Assembly (NCBI GenBank): GCA_038087875.1
Contig: CM075989.1
Coordinates: forward strand, 13,642,001 to 13,702,000
DNA: 60,000 nucleotides
DNA from: Malacoraja senta
Lineage: Eukaryota
Direction of reading: 5' to 3'
Shown here: positions 1 through 12,600 of the stretch, piece by piece
Numbering within the stretch: position 1 is the stretch's first letter
Layout: the number at the start of each line of letters is the position of its first letter
Notes under the pieces: model-generated
What the model was told of the DNA's origin: nothing
The model's input: only the letters and a program-made list of their open reading frames with translations
Databases searched by the model: none
Translations under genes and position numbers: made by a program

Positions 1-380
1 TTCATAAACCGACTGGGTGGTCAGCCATACACCCAACTCATTTGCTGGAGCAGGATTTAAATTGTGACAATTCCCATTGTTGGTTACCCAATCCTCTATG
101 TGTTAGCATTGTGATGGGACTGCTTAGCAGTTGGGCAAGCTGAGCAGCAACATTAAAGAAAATATTAGCGACGGAGAGGAGTGCAATTTATTTTCAGCAG
201 CTGGGAAGTGCAGTTCACTGGGTTCTTGTGGTGAATGAGCACCTCTGGTGGTGACTCGGGTCTCAGCCTCTGTACAAGGAAGAGGCTCAGTTGCAAAAAT
301 TGAAAAGACTTGCATTTTTAAAGAAGGCTTTCCTTTCAACTAAAACCCAACATTGCACCTGCGGCTGAAACGGGATTATG

Positions 381-633
381 TCACAGTAGTTTTGTAAACT
401 CGGGGAAGGGAATATTATGACTGACTTTTAAAATGCCATAACTTTCCAAAGCAAAACAGGGATTGACCAGATTCTGAAATTGCTGTGAAAAGGTGAAGAG
501 GAGCTGACAGATGTCGACATTGAAGAAGGAAAGTTTTCCTGTGTCGTAGTCCAGGAGAATTCCAATTCTGGTTGGTGTGATAGTGATTCTCAAGTCTGGA
601 GTCAGCCCTTTGTGAAGGAATTCAAATTTACTC
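381..633 (-). CDS. FSD2: FSD2 last coding exon (SPRY C-terminus)
   Basis: Acceptor ctgcag|G; (R)[40 protein letters not shown]...FTKLL*. Confidence 0.9.
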
Positions 634-3600
634 CTGCAGAGTTAAAAGAGTAAGAAATATCACGTACAAGACTGCAGCAGCTAACAGTTCACACTCACTT
701 AATTCCCATCCGTGGAGCTCATACCCCACTCCCACTCACCATGTTTACACCCACACTGCTCACATCCACCCTGCTTGCACAACCCCCCCAGCTCGGACCT
801 CACACTACTCACACTCAACTCCACACACTCAACTCAGAGACAACAGTCGTACCTCACGGTTGCTAATATTGGGCAGTTTTAGACAAGGGGACTGCAATCC
901 CTGCACTGGCTGTTGCTGCATAGGAGGATGGATAAGCCTGAACTGAAATTGTGGAAGAAAGTTTAAGTTACTACTGTGTGGAGATCAACAGAAATAAAAT
1001 GACTTCCTATTCCTAACATGCCAGATATTTCCAAATTCCTCACGAGTATAGAAGTTGGGAGGTCATGTTGCAGTTGTATAAGACGTTGGCGAGATCACAT
1101 TTAGAGTATTGTGTTCAGTTCTGGGCACCATGTTATAGGAAAGATATAGTCAAGTTTGAAAGGGTTTCAGAGAAGATTTACGAGGATGTTGCCAGGACTA
1201 GAGGGTTTGAGCAATAGGGAGAGGTTGAGTAGGCTGGGTTTCGATTCCTTGAAGCGCAGGAGGATGAGGGGTGATCTTCTAGAGGTGTAAAAAAATCATG
1301 AGACGAATAGATCGGGTAGATGCAAAGAATCTCTTGCCCAGAGTAGGGGAGTAGAGGACCAGAGGACATAGGTTCAGGTGAAGGGGAAAAGATTTAATAG
1401 GAATCTGAGTGGTAACTTTTTCACACAAAGGGTGGTGGGTGTATGGAACAAGATGCCACATGAGGTAGTTGAGGCGGGGACTATCGCAACATTTAAGAAA
1501 CAGTCAGACAGGTACATGGATTGGACAAGTTTGGAGGGATATGGACCAAGCGCAGGCAGGTGCGACTAGTGTAGCTGGGACATGTTGGCCAGTGTGGGCA
1601 AGTTGGGCTGAAGGGCCTGTTTCCACACGGTATCACTCTATGACTCTATGACGAGGTAAACACATGAGTGCCTGGAGCTCGTGATACCTCCTCTGGCAGT
1701 TCCTTGCACTCAATAATTTGCCCTATGTCTGAGGGGGTGGACTGACATGGGACTTGCAGACTTCCTAAAAGGGAATGGAGGGGTGGGGAGAAGCTAGCTA
1801 GTTTCGGGGTTGCTGCAATTACTCCTGTGATAGCAGTGCCTATGGTGGGGACTAAGTTGTTGGTATCATCTGAAAACCTGAGGCCAGAGATTCCCACCAG
1901 TGACTGGAAAGGTTGGAGGGTTTTGAGTACATGTTTCTGCTGGGGAAATGTTTTGCCCTGATAGAACTGGTTGTGAATGATCATAGGCTCAAAGCTGATG
2001 ATTGGGTTGGGAGAAAGTACTGGTGATGGTTTCTCTCTCCCACCAGATATGGAAGATGTTATGAAGAAGATATTAATGATATATCTCCAGTGTTTCAAGG
2101 TGCCTGCTATATGCTGCTGAAGCTTAGAGCAGGCCAGTGATCACTGTCACCCAGTGGATGAGGAGCTTGATGGTGAGTTTGAGATTTTTGAATCCTCTTC
2201 TCAGGTGGCAATGGTGGAATTATCATCAATATTTGGAATGAGGGATGTGATCCACATTGAACAAGGCCATGCTGGGAGACCTCATTGTCAGGGGTGGTAT
2301 TGGGCAACAGTCGAAGACATTGCTTTGCAAAATTTCGAGCAAGAAACATTCTCCTGAACACATCAGTGAAGGTGTCAAAGTTTCAAGATAATTTCCACAG
2401 GGACACCCTCATAATTGAAGTCAGATTTTCCCCAAACTGTCTTCTGTTGTCTCCACCCCAAAGAAACACTCCCTACTTAGAGAGGTTAGTTTTCCTGTTC
2501 AACCCCAACCTCCTATTCCTGTATGCTCTGAGTTTGACATTTATGCACCATTTCTCCTGTAGCCATCCCTTAGCATGGAGGATTATCTAATTTCACACTG
2601 GTTCTGAGGCTTCTGAACTGCTGCTGAGGCCAATATGAGGACCACTGATTCTCTCGCAGCTGGGGCAGGAGGGCTTGGGCGGGTCCTTGGAAAGCAAAGA
2701 GCTACTGCCACACACTGAGCTTGCAGTGCATGGTCTGAAGTCCTCCAGTGCCACGCAATTGCTGCTCCTTCACTCTGGGCAAGTATGGGCCAGAGGTTCC
2801 CAGGAGTGAGTGGGATGTTTTATACAGTGGACTGTTAAGAACTGATTGTGCTGTTCGTGGGCTTCCTGTCTCTGAGCCGAGTGACGTGCAGCTCATCACT
2901 TACCTGGATGAGGTGAGGATGTGTCGCATGCACCAGGAGGTGATGTTAGAGCCAAAGTGAGCATCCCGTGGGGTGTCCGTGCAGGCGATGCCAACCCTGT
3001 ACTCCGTGTCCTCAGCCACATCCACCTCCCAATAATGCCTTCCTCGAACTGGCACCAACTGTGCCATGATGGTGGCAGAACTAGGGGTGAGAGCAGAGGC
3101 GTGGTCAGACTCTCTTCTGCCCACAGCTGTGTGACCACTGACGGGACCCAGAGGGCAATCAGGAGTGGCCTCCTGGGACAATCGGTCAAAGGCACCAACT
3201 GCAGGAACCTTCTCCATTCCCAAAAGACCAGCTACAGATGTTCACATCCACTTGGAACCTGTGTGTTCCACCATCACAAAGTGGCATTCCCATGTCTGTG
3301 TCCAACACTGCCAGGACTGTTCTACGGACTGGTCAGTGGGCTGCTCATACATGGTAATGCACTACACTACCTCAAACCAGCCTCCCCTTCGAGCCATCTT
3401 CCCAACAGCCATCTAGCCAACCGTCCCAATCTGTCCATTATGAACAGATAAACAAAGTTCCAAGGCATGTCCCCAGCTGACTCTGTCCCATACATGGCAG
3501 AAGTCAGATCTACTTTCACGACGATAAACTGGGAAAGCATCTGCCCTGGATAGTATCCATGAAGGAGTTCAGTCTTCGCTCACATCTACAATCTCTCACT

Positions 3601-6600
3601 TCAACATCTACTGTTCCCATCTGATTCACGACTCACCTGGTGAACCTGTCATGGATTGTGGGAGGGTCTTTGAGCGGACTTTCTTCATTATAAACTATGG
3701 TCAGTCCGTCCTGCAAGATTGAGAGTGAGAGGTGCGCAGTCTGCTCCATCAGATAAAGCTGTGTACCTGTCGCAGAAACATTATCTTAGATTCCAGTCTC
3801 CACATGGTTCGAACGGTACCTTGGCTTTCAATGACAATAATACAATGGGAATGGCAAGGACTGTTTGTTTGCTGGAACAGATTCATTCTATGGATGTGAC
3901 TCCAGGAGTGGCCTTGAGATGCTCACCTGTTGTTCGAACGGTTATGGCCACACTCCTCTCACTGCTGCCTCCTCCATTTACTGCTCTGAGGTAGAAGATG
4001 TAGTTTTCACTGGGCTCCAGTTCAATTAATGCTTTACATGAACTTATCCCAGTCACAGATCTAGAATTTGAAAACAGGAACAATTAAAGACTAATACTGT
4101 AGATAAAATTGCCCGAAGTTTTACAAAGGGTCAACAAATAACATAAGAAACAGAAGCAAGAGCAGGCCATTCGGCTCCTCGTGCTTGCTGTACCATTCAG
4201 TGAGAACAGGGCTGAGCATCACTGCCCCACACATCCTAGTCACTCACTTCCTTTAACATCCAAAAATCTCTCAATCTCTGCCTTGAATGTACTGAGATTC
4301 AGCCACACGGCCCTCTGGATGAAAAGACTTTTTAAACTGTCCTGAATGGCTAACCCCTTGATGCTGAATGTGTAACCCCATTCTAGGCCACCTAATTATC
4401 AATCCTATACTTACCCTGTCAAACCCGTTGAACCTTGGATCAGAATAAATCCCTTGGTTTCGCTCACGTACGATAGCACAGCAGCAATGTTTTAGAGGTA
4501 TGTAGAGGCAAGGAATGGAGGGATACGGACCATGTACAGGCAGATGTGCAGAGTAAATTGACATCAAGGTCAGCCCAGCCATTGTCTGCTGAAGGCCTAT
4601 TCCTGTGCTTTACTGTTCTATGTTCACACTTTACTGCGAATCAGTAAAATCATTGCTAAAATGATTGTGCACAATCAATCAATCCCTGGTTACAGTCCAT
4701 CCTACTCTGCTTTCCTAACCAATTGCTTAATTAACCAATCCTCAATCCGTGTCAATACATTGCCACAATAGTAGGCACTCATTTTGTTTCACAATCCTTT
4801 CTCTAGCACCTTGAAGGCATTTTGAAAGTCTGAATACACCACATCAACTGGATTGTTCTTGCATGTACTGCTCGTTATGTCAAAAATTGTAACAGACGTG
4901 TCAATCACAATTTTCCTTCATAATTCCATGTTGACTGTCCATACTATTGCTACTTTCTCGGCATTGCTCCCCAAAGTATTGGTCACAGGTCCAAACCCGA
5001 GTAGCGACCGCTTAATGATGGGGAGAGTGACTTCAGAATCCAACCTGTCACTGAGTTCAGGCCAAAATCAACATCCAGCAGTGAAGTTGCCCTTTACAAA
5101 CAGCGATCAGAATTTTATATCAGGATTAAAAATTATTTAGGATAGATACAAAATGCTGGAGTAACTCAACGGGACAAGCAGCATCTCTGGAGAGAAGGAA
5201 TAGGTGATGTTTCGCAGACAGAAAATGATTTAGCTCAATTTGAAACCAGGCTGTTAAGTTTGAATAAAGCAAATAGTGAAGGCATGAAGTGCAAGATGAT
5301 GATAGGTAGATTGGAACTATGATCAAAGGTATGACAGTTTAGAAGCAATGACTTATTTATAAATGATTATACAAAATACTCCAAACTGGATGTGGACCAA
5401 CCTTGGCTGTCAAGCACAGTTAGTTGGTATTTGATCAAAGCAAAATGCCTACATAGTTGCTAAATTAGCTCCTATTCATGCATTGAAAGCAAAAGATGAG
5501 CAAAAGTTACTCTGCCCCTGCGGCAGGAGACATTTTACGAAAATAGCAGAGAAACTGAAAACGAACCTAGAATAATGGAGAACTTAGCAATAATAAAAAT
5601 TATTGAAGAAATATAATATGGAAAAATATTAGGACCCACTTAATAGCAAAACTATAGTTTCAAAGAATAATCTTGTTCATCCATAAAACACTAAAGCAGA
5701 TTGACAGAGTCAGAGAGGCTGTTCCCTCCAGCTGAAGAGTGAAGTGCCAAGGACACTAAATGTGAGAGTTTGAAAGATGTTGTTGTTCAGAGGACTTTGG
5801 TGTCCATGCACTATGACAATTCCTTCCTTCCTCAAATGCTGCTGGACTCGCTGAGTTCCTCCAGCAGATCGTATTATTGCTGGGAGGTGGACAGATCCTG
5901 GGTTTACTGACAGCAGTGTTCACCCCAGATTCCCTCTCACGGCCTGGCCTCCACTTACTCTGTGAGTGATTCTGTCCAATCACAGCCACTGCAGACTTGG
6001 CAGAAATCCAGGGCGTAGGACTGCGGTGGTCGGCTGCTCCCGGCCTCCCACTCCATGAACACTGCAGTCTGGCACACCGCCACCGCTCTGCTGCTGATCC
6101 TCGGAGGTGCTGGAACTGAGAAACAGGCAAGGTGAGGTTTTGGTGTCAGGCTGGGCTCCCACCTTCCAGCTCAGCCATTGCCGGCTATGGATCTACACCT
6201 GCGACCATGCTGGGCAAGTGGACAGCTTTCTCCATGTTCCTGGGAGAATGGCCTTCCTTTCCTGTTGGGCCTGGATATGTCTATGGCAGCAGCTTCAGCA
6301 GGACAGTGGGTTCCTGCCTGTTGCCTAATGATCACATCCAGCCCCAATCACTATTAAAATGCAAATGGCAGCAAAACCAAGCAAGCTCCACCATCCCCTG
6401 GGCAAATGGTGGTGCTGCTGGTATCTGTTAGTGTGTAGACAGGTGTCTGGTGTCTAGCACAGTGTCTGATGTAGTCTGGTGTCTGGCATCTAGTCTGCCA
6501 TTATGTTGGCTGATGTCTACACTGGTGCATTTTTTGGTTTCTAATTTTGTGTTTGGCGTGTTGTCTCGTGTCTAATATGATGTCCAGTCCGGTGTGTGGT

Positions 6601-9600
6601 GTCTGGTCTGGTGCATTGAATGCTGCAGACGGGGCTACTGGCTTTGTGCCAACAGTTCCACACCACTTTCTGTTCTTCTGAACACTTTGGTGCCTACACA
6701 AAACCTGAATGGATTACAGGCATGAACTGAGTGCGTCAGTGACCTCCCCATCGATGGCCCGCCCGATCACAGCCTGAGGCACGTCCAGTACGTTACCTGT
6801 CGTAAACACCGCACGGTCACTGCCGTCACTTGTACCGGCAGAGTTGGTGGCTGTGACCCAAAACTCGTACATGGAGCCAGTCTGCAGGTTCCTCACGGTA
6901 CAGAACATTTCCTTCACACTCAGCGACGCATCTGAGAGAACAGACTTTGGTTAGCTGGGCCGAACTGAATCAAGGACAGTGCTATAATGCTGGCATGGAT
7001 GGGTTTGCAATAAATGAGGTGGGCTGACAGGGCCCATATCTGTGCTATATGCTCCATGAAACAACCCGTCGAAGAATTAATACCAAGAAATTTCATATGT
7101 GGGTTCATGCATGGACAGGAGACAAGATTCTGCTGAGTCCCAGATAGCGCACGAGGAATTTGGGATGGCTGGTGCTGCAGAGTAAATTCTGTTCTCAACC
7201 GTCACCTTTGTCCCTGAGCCCCTCCTCCAACCCCAAGCCCACTCTCCCCTGACCTCTCTCCTGCAGAAGGTGGCAATGTCAATATAGCTGTGCCTGAGTG
7301 GCCACTTAGAATAAGGCCAATGAGTGCAAGAAGGCAAGAGAACTCCACATTACTGGAACAAGGAACAAGAAATAGGACTAGGAGCAAGCTAAGGAGTAGT
7401 CCTTTGAGCTTGGTCTGCATTCATTAAGATTGTGACTGACCCTATGCCTACAATTGTGTTGTATCAAAAGTGTCATTATATAACACGTATGAAGTGTTGC
7501 ATTTTGGTGTGTCATACCAAAGGCTGGGCTTACACAGTCAATGGTAGAGCCTGGAAGTGTGTTGCCTGCTTCCCTGAAGGTGGTGATTCAGGTGGACTGG
7601 GTCATGAGAAAGGTGTTTGGCACGCTTGCCTTCATTGGGATGGGGCATTAAGTACAAAAGTTGGGACATCAGGAAGCTGTGCAAGTCATTGGTGAGTCTA
7701 CACTTGGAGTACTGTGTGCAGTTCTGGTCACCCAGCTATAGTAAAGATGTCATTACGTTGGAAAGGGTGCAGAAGAGATTCACCATCATTTTACCAGGAC
7801 TTGCAGGCTCAGAGGGAGTTGTAGGGAGAGGCTGAATAGGTTGGGATCTTTTACTTGGAGCATAGTAAGGTAAAGGCTGACATTTAGTGAAGAATACAAA
7901 AGTATGAGGACAATGAATAAAGTAAACTCACACCTTTTCCCAGGGTAGAGGATTCTCAAACAGGAGAGCGTAGGCTTAAGGTGAGAGGGGAGAGATTTAA
8001 GAGGGACCTCAGGGGCAACCATTTCACTCAGAGGATGGTCTGTATCTGGAAAGAAGTTGTTACAAAAGTGGATACAAGTACAGCTTTCAAAAGACATTCA
8101 GACAGATACAGTGGCTTGCAAAAGTATTCGTACCCCTTGAACTTTTCCACATTTTGTCACGTTACAACCACAAACGTAAATGTATTTTATTGGGATTTCA
8201 TGTGATAGACCAACACAAAGTGGCGCATATTTGTGAAGTGGAAGGAAAATGATACATCGTTTTCAAATTTTTTTACAAATAAAAAACTGAAAAGTGTGGC
8301 GTGCAAAAGTATTCAGCCCACTTTACTCTAATACCCCTAAATAAAATCCAGTGCAACCAATTGCCTTCAGAAGTCACCTAATTAGTAAATAGAGTCCACT
8401 TGTGTGTAATCTAATCTCAGTATAAATCCATCATCCGAAAATGGGAAGAGTATGGCACAACTGCAAACATACCAAGACATGGCCGTCCACCTAAACTGAC
8501 AGGCCGGGCAAGGAGAGCATTGATCAGAGAAGCAGCCAAGAGGCCCATGGTAACTCTGGAGGAGCTGCAGAGATCCACAGCTCAGGTGGGAGAATCTGTC
8601 CACAGGACAACTATTAGTCGTGCACTCCACAAATCGGGCCTTTATGGATGAGTGGCAAGAAGAAAGCCATTGTTGAAAAAAAGCCATAAGAAGTCCCGTT
8701 TGCAGTTTGCCACAAGCCATGTGGGGGACACAGCAAACATGTGGAGGAAGGTGCTCTGGTCAGATGAGACCAAAATTGAAGTTTTTGGCCTAAATGCAAA
8801 ACGCTATGTGGGGCGGAAAACTAACACTGCACATCACCCTGAACACACCATCCCCACTGTGAAACATGGTGGTGGCAGCATCATGCTGTGGGGATGCTTT
8901 TCTTCAGCAGGGACAGGGAAGCTGGTCAGAGTTGATGGGAAGATGGATGGAGCCAAATACAGGGCAATCTTGGAAGAAAACCTGTTAGAGTCTGCAAAAG
9001 ACTTGAGACTGGGGCGGAGGTTCACCTTCCAGCAGGACAACGACCCTAAACATACAGCCAGAGCTACAATGGAATGGTTTAGATCAAAGCATATTCATGT
9101 GTTAGAATGGCCCAGTCAAAGTCCAGACCTAAATCCAATTGAGAATCTCTGGCAAGACTTGAAAATTGCTGTTCACAGACGCTCTCCATCCAATCTGACT
9201 GAGCTCGAGCTATTTTGCAAACAAGAATGGGCAAAAATTTCAGTCTCTAGATGTGCAAAGCTGGTAGAGACATACCCCAAAAGACGCAGCTGTAATTGCA
9301 GTGAAAGGTGGTTCTACAAAGTATTGACTCAGGGGGGCTGAATACTTTTGCATGCCACAATTTTCAGTTTTTTATTTGTAAAAAAATTTGAAAACCATGT
9401 ATCATTTTCCTTCCACTTCACAATTATGCACCACTTTGTGTTGGTCTATCACATAAAATCCCAATAAAATACATTTACGTTTGTGGTTGTAACGTGACAA
9501 AATGTGGAAAAGTTCAAGGGGTATGAAAACTTTTGCAAGCCACTGTATATGAATAGGAAGGATATAGAGGGACATTGACCAAATGCAAGCAAATGGGACT

Positions 9601-12600
9601 AGCCCAGAATGGCAGGTTGCTCAGTAAGGACATGTTGTGTCCATGCTGTATAGTTCTGTGGCTCAACAATCTACTCATTCTCCAGAAGAAATTTCCAATC
9701 CACTGAGCAACCAAACCTCTCCTCCTCTTATGGCTACTGCTATCCCAAGGCAGTGTCCCAGGCTCCTCGCTCTTCAGCCGGAGGGAACAGCTTCTCAAAC
9801 TCACCCTGTCAATCCCCTTCAGACTTTTATGGATGAATAAGATTATTCTTTGAAACTTGAGCTGTCTTGTCAGAAATCAGTTGTCAAAATTTGTCGGCAA
9901 TCAAAAGTTCACTTCATAAAACTCACATTTCTCTAATTCCCACACTGCCCTCAATACAAACCTGCAGCCCCCTCATCTTGTGTGTTGTCTCCTAATTTTC
10001 TGTAGTACAACTGATAATGTTCCACAGTATCGTCGGCTGAGAGGCTCCAACGGACTTTCACTGAGGTGGAGGTTGCTGTGTCAGGAGGCTGGGGACACAT
10101 TGATGGGGCTGACGGCACTGCACAGAGAAATACCCAGTCAGTAATGAGCACAGCTTCACAATCAAATGACCCAACGCCATTTCCTGTGGCACATCAACCC
10201 AGTGTTAGATTCCCTGGAGCTCAGACACACCTGGTTATGACCACACTCTCTAATCCATTAACCTGGTGGTAAGTACACTTTTCATATAACTCACGCAATT
10301 AGTGATGAGTACATTCAACTTCCCATTCATTACCTTGATGATGGATACACTCTATCCCTTCAACCCATTAACCTGATGATGGGTACATTATCCATGTTAT
10401 TCATTAACATGATCAGATACTTTTTCCCTGTAACACATTAACCTGTAATTAGACACTTTCTCCCTGTAACTCGTTATATCTAATTATATGTAATTATATC
10501 CAATCCAAACTGATGCCTATAACTTCACACAGCATGGAGGGTTCGTTAGTGCACCATGAAATTAGCTAGAGTTTGTTCTGGAGAAACCTACTGGGATGAA
10601 CGTTTCAAATGGTCTCAGAATGAAGTGCCTTACTCACAAAGTGAGCATAGTGGGGTGCACCTTGCTGACCTGTCGAACTCACACCAAGTCCCAGCCTCAC
10701 ACAGATGTGGAGGCTGGGAATTCTGTCAGACTGGGACGGCAGAACCAGTTTGTTTTCTTGGCCACTGGATTCCACATGGAGCAGAATAATGAGAGCCATA
10801 CTATTGGGCTCTCTAGTGGCGCATGGGAAAGTCACCTCATGGAACCTGCCTGCACCTGTTCAGTCTTGGATCAGGATGTGATCAATCGGGATCCTAGGAC
10901 AAAGGATCAAGAGGAAAGGGAAAGCTTATTAATTTGTTTGTATTATTTTGTTTAACAATGGTTTTAATTAATTATGTGTTCCAATGTAGAGGAGAAAGGA
11001 GGTGGAGGTGGAGCCTGGAGACAGTGGCTTCCTTATTTATTCCATTCACTATCTGCATTATCAGCCTTGTTTCCACATCACCTTCCAGCACCTGTCTCCG
11101 TTTCCACCCTCCCCTTCCACCACCTGGCGCCATCTGCCCATCATCTCCCTCCTCGCCTGGTTCCATCTATCTCCTGTCTACCCCTGCCACTCTGCTCCTT
11201 CTCACCTCTTTATGCTGTGGCCTCGCCTCTAATCTTTCAGTCCTGATGAAGGGTCTCCACCCAAAGCATCAACCATCCCTTTGCCTCCACAGATGCTGCC
11301 TTACCCGCTGAGTTACTCCAGCACTTTGTGTCTAACTTTGTGTTCAGTGGATGTTTGGGTGTGTCTGTGGGAGGCGTGTGCATGTGTAGGAGGTTGTAAG
11401 TGTGGGTGGGATGGATGTGTGTGTGTGCACGAGGGGTGCTTGTCTGTGAGTGGGAGTGTGTGTGTATGTGTGGGAGTTGTGTGAGCAGTAGGTGTGTATA
11501 TGTGTAAGAAATCTGTATGTGTGAGCATATGGGAAGAGTGTGTGTGTGCACATATGCATTGCTCACATACCTGGGATGCTGCAGATCGAGTCTATTAACC
11601 GTTGCACCTCAGCCATATCTGTTGGAAAATTCTCAAATTCATGTGGGGTCGGAAGTTCTGGGTTCAAGTCTTCTTGGAGAAACTCCTCCAGCCTGTGGAT
11701 TATAGAAGAAGCAGTGATATGTTGGGTCATGATATGTTGGGGACAAAGGAGGTGGGATGAGTTGGGTTTAAAGATGAGGTCTGCCTCAGGTGACAGGACT
11801 GGTACAGTTCTGGACACTCACTGTCACCTGCATTTTGGAAAAGGCTACTTTGAGGAGAAATTGCTGCTGACAGGTTAAAGCGCAGGCTTTGGTGAACACC
11901 AGGCTTTGGTGAGGAGGACAAGCAGCAACAAGATAAAGGCAAGAGGGATGCACAAGGAAATAAAGATGCTGGAATCTCGAGCAATACACAAAACTTTGTT
12001 TTTGCTTAAGATAAAGGCAGGATAAGAATTAGTATTTTTCTCTAATTCTGCGAGCTTTTAAAGGTGCAGTAATGTTAGGAGCATAAATTCCAACGCAGTT
12101 TCCATACTGGGCCATTTCATTGTTCACACACATACAATGAGCATTTCCAGTGTTAATACATATTAATACACAGTGTTAATACACAGTGGCGCAACGGTAG
12201 AGTTGCTGCCTTACAGCGAATGCAGCAGCGGAGACCCGGGTTCGATCCCGACTACGGGTGCTTGTCTGTACAGAGTTTGTACGTTCTCCCCCGTGACCTG
12301 CATGGGTTTTCTCCAAGATCTTCGGTTTCCTCCCACACTCCAAAGATGTATAGGTATGTAGGTTAATTGGCTTGGTACGTAAAAATTGTCCCTAGTATGT
12401 GTACGATAGTGTTGATAATAGTGTTAATATGCGGGGATGGCTGGTTGGTGTGGACCAGGTGGGCCGAAGGGTCAGTTTCCGTGCTGTACCTCTAAACTAA
12501 ACCACACAAACACTGTTATGATGACCCATTAAATGCTTTAACCCAACTACAATGGGGAGTTAAGCAAAAGCAAAAATCTGCAGATATATGAAGTCTGCAT

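Larger units (their letters stand above)
7540..9665 (+). mobile_element. CR1-type LINE 3' fragment interrupted by the Tc1 element
   Basis: [11 protein letters not shown] and HFTQRMV motifs; the LINE sequence resumes after 9547. Confidence 0.75.

Noticed and set aside
2921..3451. 176-aa plus-strand ORF
   Set aside because: Antisense to an FSD2 exon, no domain similarity.
11340..11560. His/Thr-rich and Val/Cys-rich ORFs
   Set aside because: Translation of a degenerate (GT)n microsatellite; similar low-complexity tracts lie at 700-850 and 6430-6620.
12183..12260. tRNA-like A and B boxes
   Set aside because: Head of a SINE continuing into V-domain and LINE tail; not a tRNA gene.
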